Source: Chiloscyllium plagiosum (lineage: Eukaryota). Taken from it: a stretch of 64,000 nucleotides of DNA. Location: assembly GCF_004010195.1 (NCBI RefSeq), contig NC_057719.1:7297932-7361931 (forward strand), written 5' to 3'. The position numbers were made by a program, and so were the translations under genes. How positions within the stretch are numbered: the first letter of the stretch is position 1; every line of letters starts with the position of its first letter. Shown here in pieces: positions 1 to 11,350 of this stretch. Below the pieces are notes generated by a model. That model was not told the origin of the DNA. It did no database searches and was given only the letters and a program-made list of their open reading frames with translations.

Positions 1-324
1 AGACACGATCAGAGACATCACGTACCCTTGCACCTGGGAGGCAACATACCAAACGTGAGTCTCTCTCGTTCCCACAAAACCGCCTATCTGTGCCACGAAC
101 TATCGAGTCCCCAATTACTACTGCTCTGCTCTTCTTCACCCTTCCCTTCTGAGTAACGGGGACAGGCTCCGTGCCAGAGACCTGAGCCCCGTTACTTACC
201 CCTGGTAAGTCATCCCCCCCACAAGTATCCAAAACGGTATACTTGTTCTTGAGGGGAATGGCCGCAGGAGATCCCTGCACTGGCTGCTTCCTCCCAGTCC
301 CCCTCACTGTAACCCATCTATCTG
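1..324 (-). mobile_element. CR1 LINE ORF1 fragment (SGNH/GDSL-like esterase domain), runs off the window edge
   Basis: Manual minus-strand translation is stop-free: DRWVTVRG...IPLKNKYTVLDT...RAVVIGDSIVRGTDRRFCGNERDSRLVCCLPGARVRDVSDRV. The GDS and CCLPGA motifs are typical of CR1 ORF1. Confidence 0.85.
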
Positions 325-649
325 CCATTAAAATATATTTAGACTAGTGGCTCATGCTTATCATCGCAATGGAAAGACAATGAATCATGGAATAATGAAT
401 TCACTTATACCCTTGAGGGAAGCACCTTTCCTGGTCTAGCCTACTCAAGACCCATAGCAATCTGATGAACTTTTAACTGCCCTCTGAAATAGCTAAGCAT
501 ATCATTTAGTCCAAGAATAAATAGGATGGACAGCAAAAGTTCTCTCCTTGTCGGTGACATCCACAATCCGTGAAAGAATAATCTTTGAAAATTTGATGAG
601 AAAGTTACAGCTGTGTGTTTCTGTCTGTTTTGTCAATCAACATAGCTCC

Positions 650-1775
650 ATAAGAAATAGGAGTAGGCCATTTGGCCTTGAGCCTGCTCTGCCATTCAAT
701 AGGATCATGGCCGATTTAATACTCCTCATATCCACTTCCCTGCCATTTCCCCTTAACCCTTGATTCCTCAACTCAACACGAATCTATCTCAGCCTTAAAT
801 ATAAGCAAGGACTCTGCCCCACAGTTCTCTGTGGCAGGGGGTTGCAAAGACTCTCAACACCCTAAGAGAAAAAAATTCTCCTCATCTCAGTCTTAAATTT
901 GTGTCCCTTAATTCTGAGACAATGTCCTCTTGTCCTTTACTCTCACACAAGGGGAAACATCCTCCTGTCGAGCCAAGTGAGAATCCTCTATGTTTCAATA
1001 AGATCACCACTCATTCTTCTAAATTGCTATGAGCAGAGTTGTCAACCTACTTAACCTTTTGCCACGAGACAATCCTTCTTTAACAGGGATCTTCCTAGTG
1101 AACTTTCATGATCTGCTTCTAATGAAATAACATCTTTCTGAGATAAGGGGACCAAAATTGCTGAGCATACTCCAGATGTGGTCTCACCAGAACCTTGCAC
1201 AATTTCAATAGACTCCCCGACTGCAGTTTCTTTTGTTTTGCCTTTCAAAATTAACAACTTCACATTTTCTCACATTACACTCTAAATACCAAACTTTGGC
1301 CCACTTACTTGTCTTGTCAATATCTCCCTGCAAATTGTTTGTGTCTCTCTTACAACCTGCCTTTCCACCTATTTTTGTGTCATTTGCAAATCTGCTCAGT
1401 ACAGTTGGTTCTGCTATAACGCTGTAGTTCTGTTCTTGTGCAACCTCATGTTATAAAAAAAATCACGTAATAGCAGCACCATTTAAACTAATGGGGCCAG
1501 AATAATGTTATACACAACACACACTTTAAAAGTTGGCACTTTAGAAACAGTGTCCCCAATTCATCAATCGTATTATAGAGAATTTGCATTAACGAAACGT
1601 GCGTTGATATAGAACGATCTGTACATTTACTTCCTTCCTCCAAGTCATTAATATATATTGTTGACCCAGCACTGATCCATGTGGATCCCAATGGTCACAG
1701 GTTGCCAACCTGAACAAGAATCCCTTCTTCCCACTCGCTGTTTCCTGCCTGTTAGCCAATTCTCCATCTATGCCA
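650..1775 (-). mobile_element. Old CR1 LINE, RT C-terminus and 3' UTR, interrupted by a MITE
   Basis: Minus strand reads IYINDLEEGSKCT and then resumes with a degenerate FANDTKIGGK after removal of 1402-1621; CR1-type 3' end near 650-720. Confidence 0.75.
1402..1621. mobile_element. ~220-bp MITE, Tc1/mariner-pogo (Tigger-like)
   Basis: Imperfect TIRs CAGTTGGTTCTGCTATAACGC (left) and CAGATCGTTCTATATCAACGC (right, reverse complement); TA at 1400-1401 and 1622-1623; excision rejoins the CR1 RT. Confidence 0.75.
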
Positions 1776-1811
1776 TTAGACTACAGCAAACCTTGTTTTA
1801 ATTGGTACAAA

Positions 1812-2036
1812 TTGGGAGTGCAGCGTAGATTCACGAGGTCAATTCCTGGAATGGCGGGACTACCTTACGCTGAAAGACTGGAGCGACTGGGCTTGTATAC
1901 CCTTGAGTTTAGAAGACTGAGAGGGTATCTGATTGAGACATATAAGATTATTAAAGGATTGGACACTCTGGAGGCAGGAAACATGTTTCCACTGATGGGT
2001 GAGTGCCGAACCAGAGGACACAGCTTAAAAATAAGG
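1812..2036 (+). mobile_element. CR1 ORF2 C-terminal fragment
   Basis: VQRRFTRSIPGMAGLPYAERLERLGLYTLEFRRLRGYLIETYKII...RTRGHSLK. Confidence 0.9.
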
Positions 2037-2874
2037 NNNNNNNNNNNNNNNNNNNNNNNNNNNNNNNNNNNNNNNNNNNNNNNNNNNNNNNNNNNNNNNN
2101 NNNNNNNNNNNNNNNNNNNNNNNNNNNNNNNNNNNNNNNNNNNNNNNNNNNNNNNNNNNNNNNNNNNNNNNNNNNNNNNNNNNNNNNNNNNNNNNNNNNN
2201 NNNNNNNNNNNNNNNNNNNNNNNNNNNNNNNNNNNNNNNNNNNNNNNNNNNNNNNNNNNNNNNNNNNNNNNNNNNNNNNNNNNNNNNNNNNNNNNNNNNN
2301 NNNNNNNNNNNNNNNNNNNNNNNNNNNNNNNNNNNNNNNNNNNNNNNNNNNNNNNNNNNNNNNNNNNNNNNNNNNNNNNNNNNNNNNNNNNNNNNNNNNN
2401 NNNNNNNNNNNNNNNNNNNNNNNNNNNNNNNNNNNNNNNNNNNNNNNNNNNNNNNNNNNNNNNNNNNNNNNNNNNNNNNNNNNNNNNNNNNNNNNNNNNN
2501 NNNNNNNNNNNNNNNNNNNNNNNNNNNNNNNNNNNNNNNNNNNNNNNNNNNNNNNNNNNNNNNNNNNNNNNNNNNNNNNNNNNNNNNNNNNNNNNNNNNN
2601 NNNNNNNNNNNNNNNNNNNNNNNNNNNNNNNNNNNNNNNNNNNNNNNNNNNNNNNNNNNNNNNNNNNNNNNNNNNNNNNNNNNNNNNNNNNNNNNNNNNN
2701 NNNNNNNNNNNNNNNNNNNNNNNNNNNNNNNNNNNNNNNNNNNNNNNNNNNNNNNNNNNNNNNNNNNNNNNNNNNNNNNNNNNNNNNNNNNNNNNNNNNN
2801 NNNNNNNNNNNNNNNNNNNNNNNNNNNNNNNNNNNNNNNNNNNNNNNNNNNNNNNNNNNNNNNNNNNNNNNNNN
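2037..2874. other. Assembly gap (N)
   Basis: Run of N. Confidence 1.
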
Positions 2875-3545
2875 TCTCTGGCTATCGTCTCTATCTATGC
2901 CTCTCATTATCTTGTACACCTCAATTAGGTCCCCTGTCTTCCTTCTTTTTTCCACTGAAAGAAGTCTGAGCTCAGTCAACCTCTCTTCATAAGATAAGCC
3001 CTCCGGTCCAGGCAGCATCCTGGTAAACCTCCTCTGAACCCGCTCCAAAGCATCCACATCTTTCTTATAATAGGGCGACCAGAACTGGACACAGTATTCC
3101 AAGTGCGGTCTAACCCAAGTTTTATAGAGCTGCAACAAGATCTCATGACTCTTAAACTTAATCCCCCTGTTAATGAAAGCCAAAACACCATATGCTTTCT
3201 TAACAACCCTGTCCACTTGGGTGGCCATTTTAAGGGATCTATGTACCTGCACACCAAGATCCCTCTGTTCCTCCACACTGCCAAGAATCCTATCCTTAAT
3301 CCTGTACTCAGCTTTCAAATTCGACCTTCCAAAATGCATCACCTCGCATTTACCCAGGTTGAACTCCATCTGCCACCTCTCAGCCCATCTTTGCATCCTG
3401 TCAATGTCCCTCTGCAGCCTACAACAGCCCTCTATACTGTCAACAACACCTCCAACCTTTGTGTCGTCTGCAAACTTGCTGACCCATCCTTCAATCCCTT
3501 CATCCAAGTCATTAATAAAAACTACAAACAGTAGAGGCCCAAGGA
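2875..3545 (-). mobile_element. CR1 ORF2 RT fragment, relatively intact
   Basis: SKFADDTKVGG...WQMEFNLGKCEVMHFG...RPHLEYCVQFWSP in ORF 1951..3507. Confidence 0.92.
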
Positions 3546-4198
3546 TACAATATAACAGTGATGTGTGTACATTTCTATTACTTATGTGTGTTTTTACATT
3601 GATTCAGTGGACCTCTTGATTATCTGCAAAATTTGATGAACTGGCACGTTCCTGGTCCCAAATGTGCTGAATAATGAAAAGATTACTGTATCTCCAACAA
3701 CATGGGGTCCTATGACTTAACCTTTTGTGAAGTACCTGTTGAACATCTTCTGGAGATCTAAATGCAAACATCTACTGGTTCCCCTGCATCCACTCTGCTT
3801 GAGACTTCCTCAAAAAACTCTAATAAATTAGTCAGATATGATTATTTTTAAGAAGCCATGCTGACTCTGCTTGATTAGATTATGATTTTCCAAACATTCT
3901 GATAAAGATCCTTTACAATTGATTTCAATGTCTGCATATTCATGACTGACTGTTTGTTAGTTGTGTCTTATCATTGTGCATTTGTTTTGCATGGATAGGT
4001 GACTAGTGGTGGATTGCATAGCAACTGATTGTACAGTCTATTAAGAGAGACACTGACCAGTCTGCAGTGTGATAACAGCTTCAGGAAAATGCAAGAGTGT
4101 TTGAGCCTTCTCAAGTGCTGAAATGGCATATTCTGCACCTGCATAATTTTAATCAATGTTACATTCCTTTAAAGGAATTTTTTCCAAGAATACTCATT

Positions 4199-4545
4199 GG
4201 CACTGTGGATTGGCACTGCTGCTTTATTGCACCAGGGACCCCGGTTCGATTCTATCCTGTCTGTGTGGAATTTGCACATTCTCCCCGTGTCTGCGTGAGT
4301 TTCCTCTGGGTGCTCCGGTTTCCTCCCACGGTCCAAAGATGTGCAGGGTGGGTGGATTCCCATGCCGGAAGTTGCTCCGTAGTGTCCAAGGATTTGCAGG
4401 TTAGGTGGGTTAGCCATGGGAAAAAAAATCCACGTGGGGCTACGGTGATGAGGTGTGGGTCTGGGTAGAATGATCTTCGGAGGGTCAGTGCAGACTCAAA
4501 GGGCTGAATGGTCTCTTCCTGCACTGTAGGGATTCTGTGATTCCA
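4199..4545 (+). mobile_element. tRNA-derived V-SINE (HE1-like), degenerate
   Basis: B-box-like GGTTCGATTC, V-domain TGTGTGGAATTTGCACATTCTCCCCGTGTCTGCGTG...GCTCCGGTTTCCTCCCAC, CR1-like tail. Confidence 0.8.
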
Positions 4546-5337
4546 CAATCCACCTCAGAATCAATCCTTACATTTCTTTTCAACTTCTGGTTTGTCATGT
4601 AATTGCTTTGGGCAGCCTATTTTTCAAAAGTGTATTCAGAGATTTCGAACTAAGTTGGGTAAATGAGGTTAAGGAGCAGATTAGGCAACTAAGTGTTGGA
4701 AAAGGCAGAAGAGGTTGAATGACTTCCTCCTGTTCTGACACCTTCTTTCAAAATGCAAGATTCCTTCACAAACAGTCCCTCAGGGACAGCAAAGATCCTT
4801 AACCCCAATACAAGATCAGAGAAGTACTCCCGGTTTTATAAAATTCCCATGAAGTAACGTACAAATTCTCATTACAGTAAAGTCACATAAACATAGGCCG
4901 TTGTATATTTATCGCTCAGCTATCAATGCTGAAACAGATTCTCTGGTCATTTATGCATTGCTGTTTTCAATGTGGTAATGGCTTGTCACATTTCCATCCC
5001 ATTGGCACAAAGCAGTGACCAAAACAGGTCATAATGACAGCTTAATTTGATGTTGAACTGGTTTAAACACTCTCTTTAGCATTTGCTTAAAAGCTGAAGA
5101 ATTTCTCCACAGGGCATTGTTTTATACTCCTGTCAGAGCATACCTAATTTGGGAGGGCTAGGTGAGGAGAAAGCTTTTAATGAAAAGATCATGTACTGAT
5201 TGAAAGACAAAAAGTGAAAGTCATTATCTAGTTTACTGTAACTGGAATCCATTTGCATTCACTGGTGATGGATGTGAGATTCCCCATTACCTCCTCATTA
5301 TACTCTTCTTTTCAGCTAATGAAATAATTTTCAAGTG

Positions 5338-6003
5338 TAGACATGGAGTCAAATAACATGGAAACAGACCCTTCGGTTCAACCAGTCCATGTTGAACATA
5401 ATCCCAGACTAAACTAGTCCCGCCTGCCTGTTCCTGCCCCATATCCCTTTCCTATTCGTGTCCTTATCCAAATGTCTTTTAAACATTGTAATTGGACCCA
5501 CATCTATCACTTCCTCAAGAAGTTCATTCCACACACGAACCACCTTCTGTGCAAAAAATCTACCGCCCATGTCTTTTTAAATCTCTTTCCTCTCATCTTA
5601 AAAATGTGCCTTGCAGCCTTGAAATCCACAATCGTTGGGAAGAGACTACCATTAACTCCATCTATACTACTTATTATTTTATTAACTTCTATCAGGTCAC
5701 CTTTTAACCTCCAATGCTCTAGTGAAACAGTCCCAGTCTATCCAGCATATCTTTAGAATTCAAACCATTCATACCTGGCAACATCTTGGTAAATCTCTTC
5801 TGAACCATCTCCAGCTTAATATCTCTCCTTTAACTGGGTGACCAGAACTCACCAATGTCCTGTTCTACCTCAACATGACTTCCCAACTCCTAGACTCAAA
5901 GGACGAGCAATGAAGACAAGTGTGCCAAACACTTATATAACTACCCTGTCAATATCTGACGCAAATTTCAAAGAATTATGTATCTGCACCCTTAGATCTC
6001 TCT
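5338..6003 (-). mobile_element. CR1 3' end, decayed
   Basis: Reverse complement of the CR1 3' UTR (CATGGAAACAGACCCTTCGG...) and of the ORF2 C-terminus, matching other copies in the window. Confidence 0.8.
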
Positions 6004-6557
6004 TCATTGATGTATTGTAGTTAACTGGTTATTTATAATGTGCACAGCAATCTCCCAGAAACATTAATGAATTAAACAAAGATAAAGTGTTGATGTTGAT
6101 TGTCATGTTGATTCAGCAATAAATGTGTACTGACACAAAGGAAAACTTTTATTCTCTGTAAATAATTCCTCGGGATCACTTATGTATATCCAAGACAGCT
6201 GAAAAGTCATCAATTTAACTTTCATCTAAACAGATAATTTTGAAGGAGAAACTGAGGCATTTGAAGGTTCTTAAATTTGATCACTGCTGCAGGAGGTGAT
6301 CTTGGAGTTCAGCAAGAATCAGGATTGTAAGTAAGAGTGATTTCATTTGCAGTAGAATGCTGATTAGTTGGAGTTTGAGATTGAAAGTGGTCAAGGTGTT
6401 GATGAGAGTTTTAGTGAATAATGGGAATTATGGTGGTTGTGGTCTCCATGCTTTGATGAAGGTTTCAGTGGGTAATGGGAGTATATTCTTTGTCCTGGGA
6501 ATTTGTACAAGATACTTTTTATACCTTAGCTGGAGTATTGTGTACAAATGTGGCAAG

Positions 6558-6845
6558 TTTTGAGATTTGTAGCTCAGGTTGAGGTTCTGGTTATAGGTTT
6601 GTTTGCTGAGTTGGAAGGTTCATTTCCAAATGTTTTGTCACCCTACTAGGTAACATCTTCAGTGGGTCTCCAGGCAAAGCACTGTTGATAATTCCTGCTT
6701 TTAATTTATATGTTTGGGTGTCTTTGGGTTGGTGATATCATTTCCTGTGGTGACATCATTTTCTGTTGTTTCAGGGGGTGGTAGATGGGGTCTAACTCGA
6801 TTTGTTTGTTGATAGAGTTCTGGTTGGTCCACCACAGGAAATGAT
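6558..6845 (-). mobile_element. Penelope-like element family A, terminal (pLTR) fragment with decayed hammerhead
   Basis: Homologous to 17331-17685, 35105-35350 and 59530-59645, which adjoin GIY-YIG-coding sequence; minus strand reads CTGAAGA-T-GTTACC..GGTGAC-AAAA. Confidence 0.75.
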
Positions 6846-7185
6846 GGACTTCAACAATTTCCTCATTTCCCCTTCCCCCACCTCACCCTAGTTCCAAACT
6901 TCCAGCTCAGCACTGTCCCATGACTTGTCCTACCTGCCCATCTTCTTTTCCACCTATCCACTCCACCCTCCTCCCGCCCCCGACCTATCACCTCATCCCC
7001 TGCCCCACTCACCCATTGTACTCCATGCTACTTTCTCCCCACTCCACCCTCCTCTAGCTTATCTCTCCACGCTTCAGGCTCTCTGCCTTTATTGCTGATG
7101 AAGGGCTTTTGCCCGAAATGTCGGTTTTGCTGCTCCTCGGATGCTGCCTGAAATGATGTGCTCTTCCAGCACCACTAATCCAAAA
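6846..7185 (+). mobile_element. Penelope-like element family B, 3' end
   Basis: Homologous to the reverse complement of 55097-55440; C-rich 3' UTR followed by a hammerhead motif. Confidence 0.8.
7091..7126 (+). ncRNA. Minimal type-I hammerhead ribozyme motif (Penelope family B), partly decayed
   Basis: CTGATGA-A-GGGC-TTTT-GCCC-GAAA-TG-TC; stem I and the helix III palindrome are mutated. Confidence 0.65.
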
Positions 7186-7589
7186 CCATCCAGTACAAAG
7201 CAACCAGCTAACATTCATCGCAGTGTGTACCATCTACATAATACATTGTAGAGATTCCTTAGACAGCACTTTCCACACCCAAGACCTCTATCATCTAGAA
7301 GAACAAGGGTAGCAGATGCAGGGGAACACCACAATCTGCAAATTGCTCCATTCTGTTTTGGAAATGTATCACTGTTTGTTCAGTATAACTGGGTCAAAGG
7401 TCTGGTACTCCCTCCTTAAGAGTGCTGAATGTCTATCTCCACCAAATATCTACCACCTTCTCAAGGGCAATTAGGGTAGGGCAATAAATACCAGCGTAGT
7501 CAATGGAGACCACATGTTTGAATGAATTAAAGAAAGTGTATTTTATGTCCCAAAGTGTTAAACATTTTTTATAAAATCAGAAAGATCTG

Positions 7590-8820
7590 TGGATGCTGGA
7601 AATTGGAAGCAAAAACAGAATGACCAGGTGTGTCTTACCACGGCCAATGTGAGGAAATCTGTATGTAGAGTCAACCCATGCAAGGCTGCTGGACCAGGTA
7701 ACATCCCTGGCAGAGTGCTGAGAGGATGCTCTGATGTACTGGTGGATGTTCTCACATCTTCAACATCTCCCTGAGCTGCGCCATAGTTCCAAAGTGTTTC
7801 AGGGCCGCTACCATCGTCCACATGCCAAAGACGTCTTCAGAGTCCTGTCTCAACAACTATTTCCATGCTGCGCTGACACCCACCATCATGAAGTGCTTTG
7901 AGAGACTCGTGATGAGGCATATTAAGACCCTGTTGCTGCCCCCCCCCTCACTGGACACCCTGCAGTTTGACCCAACCGCTCAACAGATGATGCCATTTCA
8001 GCCACCCTCCATCTGGCCCTCACCCACCTGGAGGAGAAGGACAGCTATGTCAGACTTCAGTTCTGCACTTAACACCATCATTCCTCAACACATGATTAGA
8101 AAGCTGAGTCTGCTGGGCCTAAATACTTCCCTGTGTAACTGGACCCTGGACGTTCTGACAGCAGAGGCTAACAGACTGATGCAGATCCAACAACTGTCTC
8201 TGAACATGGATAAGACGAAAGGGAAGGTTGTTGACTTCAGGAAGGCACAGAGCAACCACTCTCCCCTGGACACCGATGGCTCTCCTGTGGAGATCGTGAA
8301 GAACACCATATTTCTTGGTGTACACCTGGTGGAGAATCTCACCTGGTCCCTCAACACCAGCTCCATAGCCAAGAAAACCCAGCAGCATCTCTACTTCCTG
8401 CGCAGGCTGAGGAAAGCCCATGTCCCCCCCATCCTCACCACATTCTACAGAGAGTTCATTGAGAATACCCTGAGCTGCTGCCTGGTTCGGGAATTGCACT
8501 GTCTCAGGTTGTAAGACCCTACAACAGATATTGAGGACAGCAGAGAGGATCATCTGAGAGCATTGTGGAAGACCCCACACACCCTTCACTCAAACTCTTC
8601 TCCCTCCTGCCATCTGGCAGAAGATACCAGAGCATTCGGTCTCTCACAGTCAGACTGTGTAAGTTTCTTCCCCCAAGCCATCAGGCTCCTTAATCCAGTA
8701 TGATTGGATTCTTTCCCATCTGACATTTTTTCGTATTGTTGCTAGAAAAATGTCTATTACTCATCATTCTTCTGTTACACTATAACTTATTTTGCACTTC
8801 TTACGCACTTTATCTCATGT
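7590..8820 (+). mobile_element. Rex1/Babar-clade LINE RT fragment with internal deletions
   Basis: [72 protein letters not shown]. Confidence 0.85.
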
Positions 8821-8876
8821 ATAAAGTTAAAAATCACACAACACCAGGTTAAGTCCAACAGGTTTAATTGGAAGCA

Positions 8877-8911
8877 CACTAGCTTTCGGAGTGACGCTCC
8901 TTCATCAGGTG
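8877..8911 (-). ncRNA. Minimal type-I hammerhead ribozyme motif (Penelope family C)
   Basis: Minus strand CAC-CTGATGA-A-GGAG-CGTCA-CTCC-GAAA-GC-TA-GTG; stem I CAC/GTG, stem II GGAG/CTCC, UA cleavage site. Confidence 0.75.
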
Positions 8912-9009
8912 AAGGCTGAGCAGAGGCTGATAGCTAAGTTCGGTACCCATAGGGAGGGCCTCAACCGGGACCTTGGGTTCATGTCACATTACAGGTAATC
9001 ACCATTGCA

Positions 9010-9260
9010 CTATACACACACACAGATATTCCTACACACACACACTCTCACATACACACGGACACAGGTACACACAGACGCGCACACAGACACCCACACA
9101 CCCCCTTATAGACACACACACTCCCACACTCACACATGCACCCCCTCACAGACTTAAGACACTCTGCACTCACTACACACACACACTTTCTCACACTCAC
9201 AATTCCCACCCCAGACAGATACACACACACAGACAGACAAAGGCCCACATGCACACATAT
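9010..9260. repeat. Imperfect (CA)n-rich low-complexity tract
   Basis: Visible CACACA runs. Confidence 0.9.
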
Positions 9261-9458
9261 ATTTTGTGGGGTGAATGTGTACTTGCAGAGTTACATTGCA
9301 CTTTGCTCAAAAACTGCATACATTCACATAGAACTCTGAGCTCAAAAACTGCATGAATTTATGTAAAACTCTGTTATCTCACTTTTTAGGTTAGAATCAA
9401 TCTAAACATCAGGTCATAGACAGAGAACACAGGGGGCTAACACCTTCAACATATTGTC

Positions 9459-9753
9459 NNNNNNNNNNNNNNNNNNNNNNNNNNNNNNNNNNNNNNNNNN
9501 NNNNNNNNNNNNNNNNNNNNNNNNNNNNNNNNNNNNNNNNNNNNNNNNNNNNNNNNNNNNNNNNNNNNNNNNNNNNNNNNNNNNNNNNNNNNNNNNNNNN
9601 NNNNNNNNNNNNNNNNNNNNNNNNNNNNNNNNNNNNNNNNNNNNNNNNNNNNNNNNNNNNNNNNNNNNNNNNNNNNNNNNNNNNNNNNNNNNNNNNNNNN
9701 NNNNNNNNNNNNNNNNNNNNNNNNNNNNNNNNNNNNNNNNNNNNNNNNNNNNN
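9459..9753. other. Assembly gap (N)
   Basis: Run of N. Confidence 1.
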
Positions 9754-9814
9754 GGCTAATGTTCAAAAACATTTCTGGTGGCCTGGATGCACAAAGATGG
9801 GGTTAACTTTCACT

Positions 9815-10277
9815 GTACATGGATGTGGAAAGCTCCTTTGGGGCCTTGGATGGAGGTGAGGGAGGAGGTGTGGGCGCTGGTTTTACAGTTCCTGCGGTGG
9901 CAGGGGAAAGTGGCAGGATGGGAGGGTGGGTCGTAGGGGGGCGTGGACCTGACCAGGTAGTCACGGAGGGAACGGTCTTTGCGGAAGGCGGAAAGGGGTG
10001 GGGAGGGAAATAGATCCCTGGTGGTGGTGTCTTTTTGGAGGTGGCAGAAATGTCGGTGGATGATTTGGGTTATGCGAAGGTTGGTAGGGTAGAAGGTGAG
10101 CACCAGGGGTGTTCTGTCCTTGTTACGGTTGGAGGGGTGGGGTCTAAGGGCGGAGATGCGGGATGTGGACGAGATGCGTTGGAGATCATCTTTAACCACG
10201 TGGGAAGGGAAATTGTGGTCTCTAAAGAAGGAGGCTATCTGGTGTGTTCTGTGGTGGAACTGGTCCTCCTGGGAGCC
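9815..10277 (-). mobile_element. Penelope-like family B, RT-endonuclease linker fragment
   Basis: RTPLVLTFYPTNLRI...LFPSPPLSAFRKDRSLRDYLVRS...FPCHRRNCKT. Confidence 0.8.
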
Positions 10278-10369
10278 CAGTTCGGTACTGGAGGAACGCT
10301 ATTGTTTTTACTGTATCAGTTGTATATGGTAGAAATTATAAATTAAAACCACTGTCTCTCTCTCTCTCT

Positions 10370-10460
10370 CAAATTGTTGGAAAAGCTCAGCAGGTCTGGC
10401 AGCGCCTGTAGAGAGAAATCAGAGTGAACATTTTGGGTCAAGTGATCCTTCTGCAGATCA
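10370..10460 (-). mobile_element. Short Penelope pLTR insert (family D) with decayed hammerhead
   Basis: Homologous to the arms of 48350-48545; minus strand reads CTGCAGA-A-GGATC-ACTT-GACCC-AAAA-TG-TT. Confidence 0.6.
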
Positions 10461-11350
10461 CTTTTACAGAACACAGTACTTTTATCCCATGGTAACCATT
10501 ATCATGCAGAAGAGATGGCAGTTAATTACACATAGAAAGTTCTACAAATAAAGAGACAATGACTAGATATTGGATTAGCATTGTTCGTTAAAGGATAAAT
10601 ATTGGCTGAGACATGAGGGATAATTCTCTGATCTTCAAAATAGCACTACAGATTTTTTTTTGTCACCACATAATTGAAAATGTAGAGCCTCGGGTTAATA
10701 ACCCATCTAAAATATGCCACCTCTATAAGTAGCTTTCAGGAAAGTGGTCAGATGAGAAATGTCCTGGGCTGACTCCTGTGGATAGGGGGGCACTGAAAGT
10801 AAACATCAATTATTTTCTGGTTTGGAGAGTTAGCGGGTTAGTGTCAAGGGAGCTTTTGCTCTGCATAAATTATCGTTATCAAACTGGGAACATCTCAAAG
10901 GTTACATATAACATGAAGAGGAAACATTCCAAAGCACATTTTTGAAGGAATTGTGATGTTAAAGTAATACTTTCATTTTTTAACTTTTTAAATCTGTTGC
11001 TCTCAACATTCACAGTTAACTGAGGTTGTGCTGCCACCTGCTGGATACAGATATTATTAACTGCTTCCACTGTGTATACTTGCTATACACTTCTATCAAA
11101 TGTTCTCCAGCTATATATTTGACCTCAAAATCATCACCTTGCTGATTTTATATTAACTACCAATATACTATTTTAAAGCATGTGAAATTTACTTTTGTTC
11201 ACCAGTGAATTCTCAAGTTTGGATAAATTGGGTGGCTCCTCAATTGGGTGGCTTTCAGCAGGGAGTGACTCCATTCTGAGTACAGTGCTGAGTATGGAGG
11301 AGCAAGTTTAAAAAGAGCATGGACAGTAGTGAGTGGCTTAATTCAGAACA

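Larger units (their letters stand above)
8826..9458. mobile_element. Penelope-like family C: inverted pLTR (8826-8911, -) joined to GIY-YIG C-terminus and CA-rich 3' UTR (+)
   Basis: AEQRLIAKFGTHREGLNRDLGF on + strand from ~8915; upstream segment matches 34620-34706 and 11390-11450. Confidence 0.8.

Noticed and set aside
1770..3507. Long ORFs of 399, 518 and 329 aa
   Set aside because: Their length comes from reading through N gaps, and the real residues are CR1 fragments on opposite strands. The same applies to the ORFs at 9446-9772 and 28873-29144.
4050..4140. Minus-strand candidate exon (AEYAISALEKAQTLLHFPEAVITLQT)
   Set aside because: Weak polypyrimidine tract, weak donor and an unrecognised peptide; not supportable without transcript data.
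8973..9356. His/Thr-rich ORF
   Set aside because: Translation of a CA-rich low-complexity tract in a Penelope 3' UTR.
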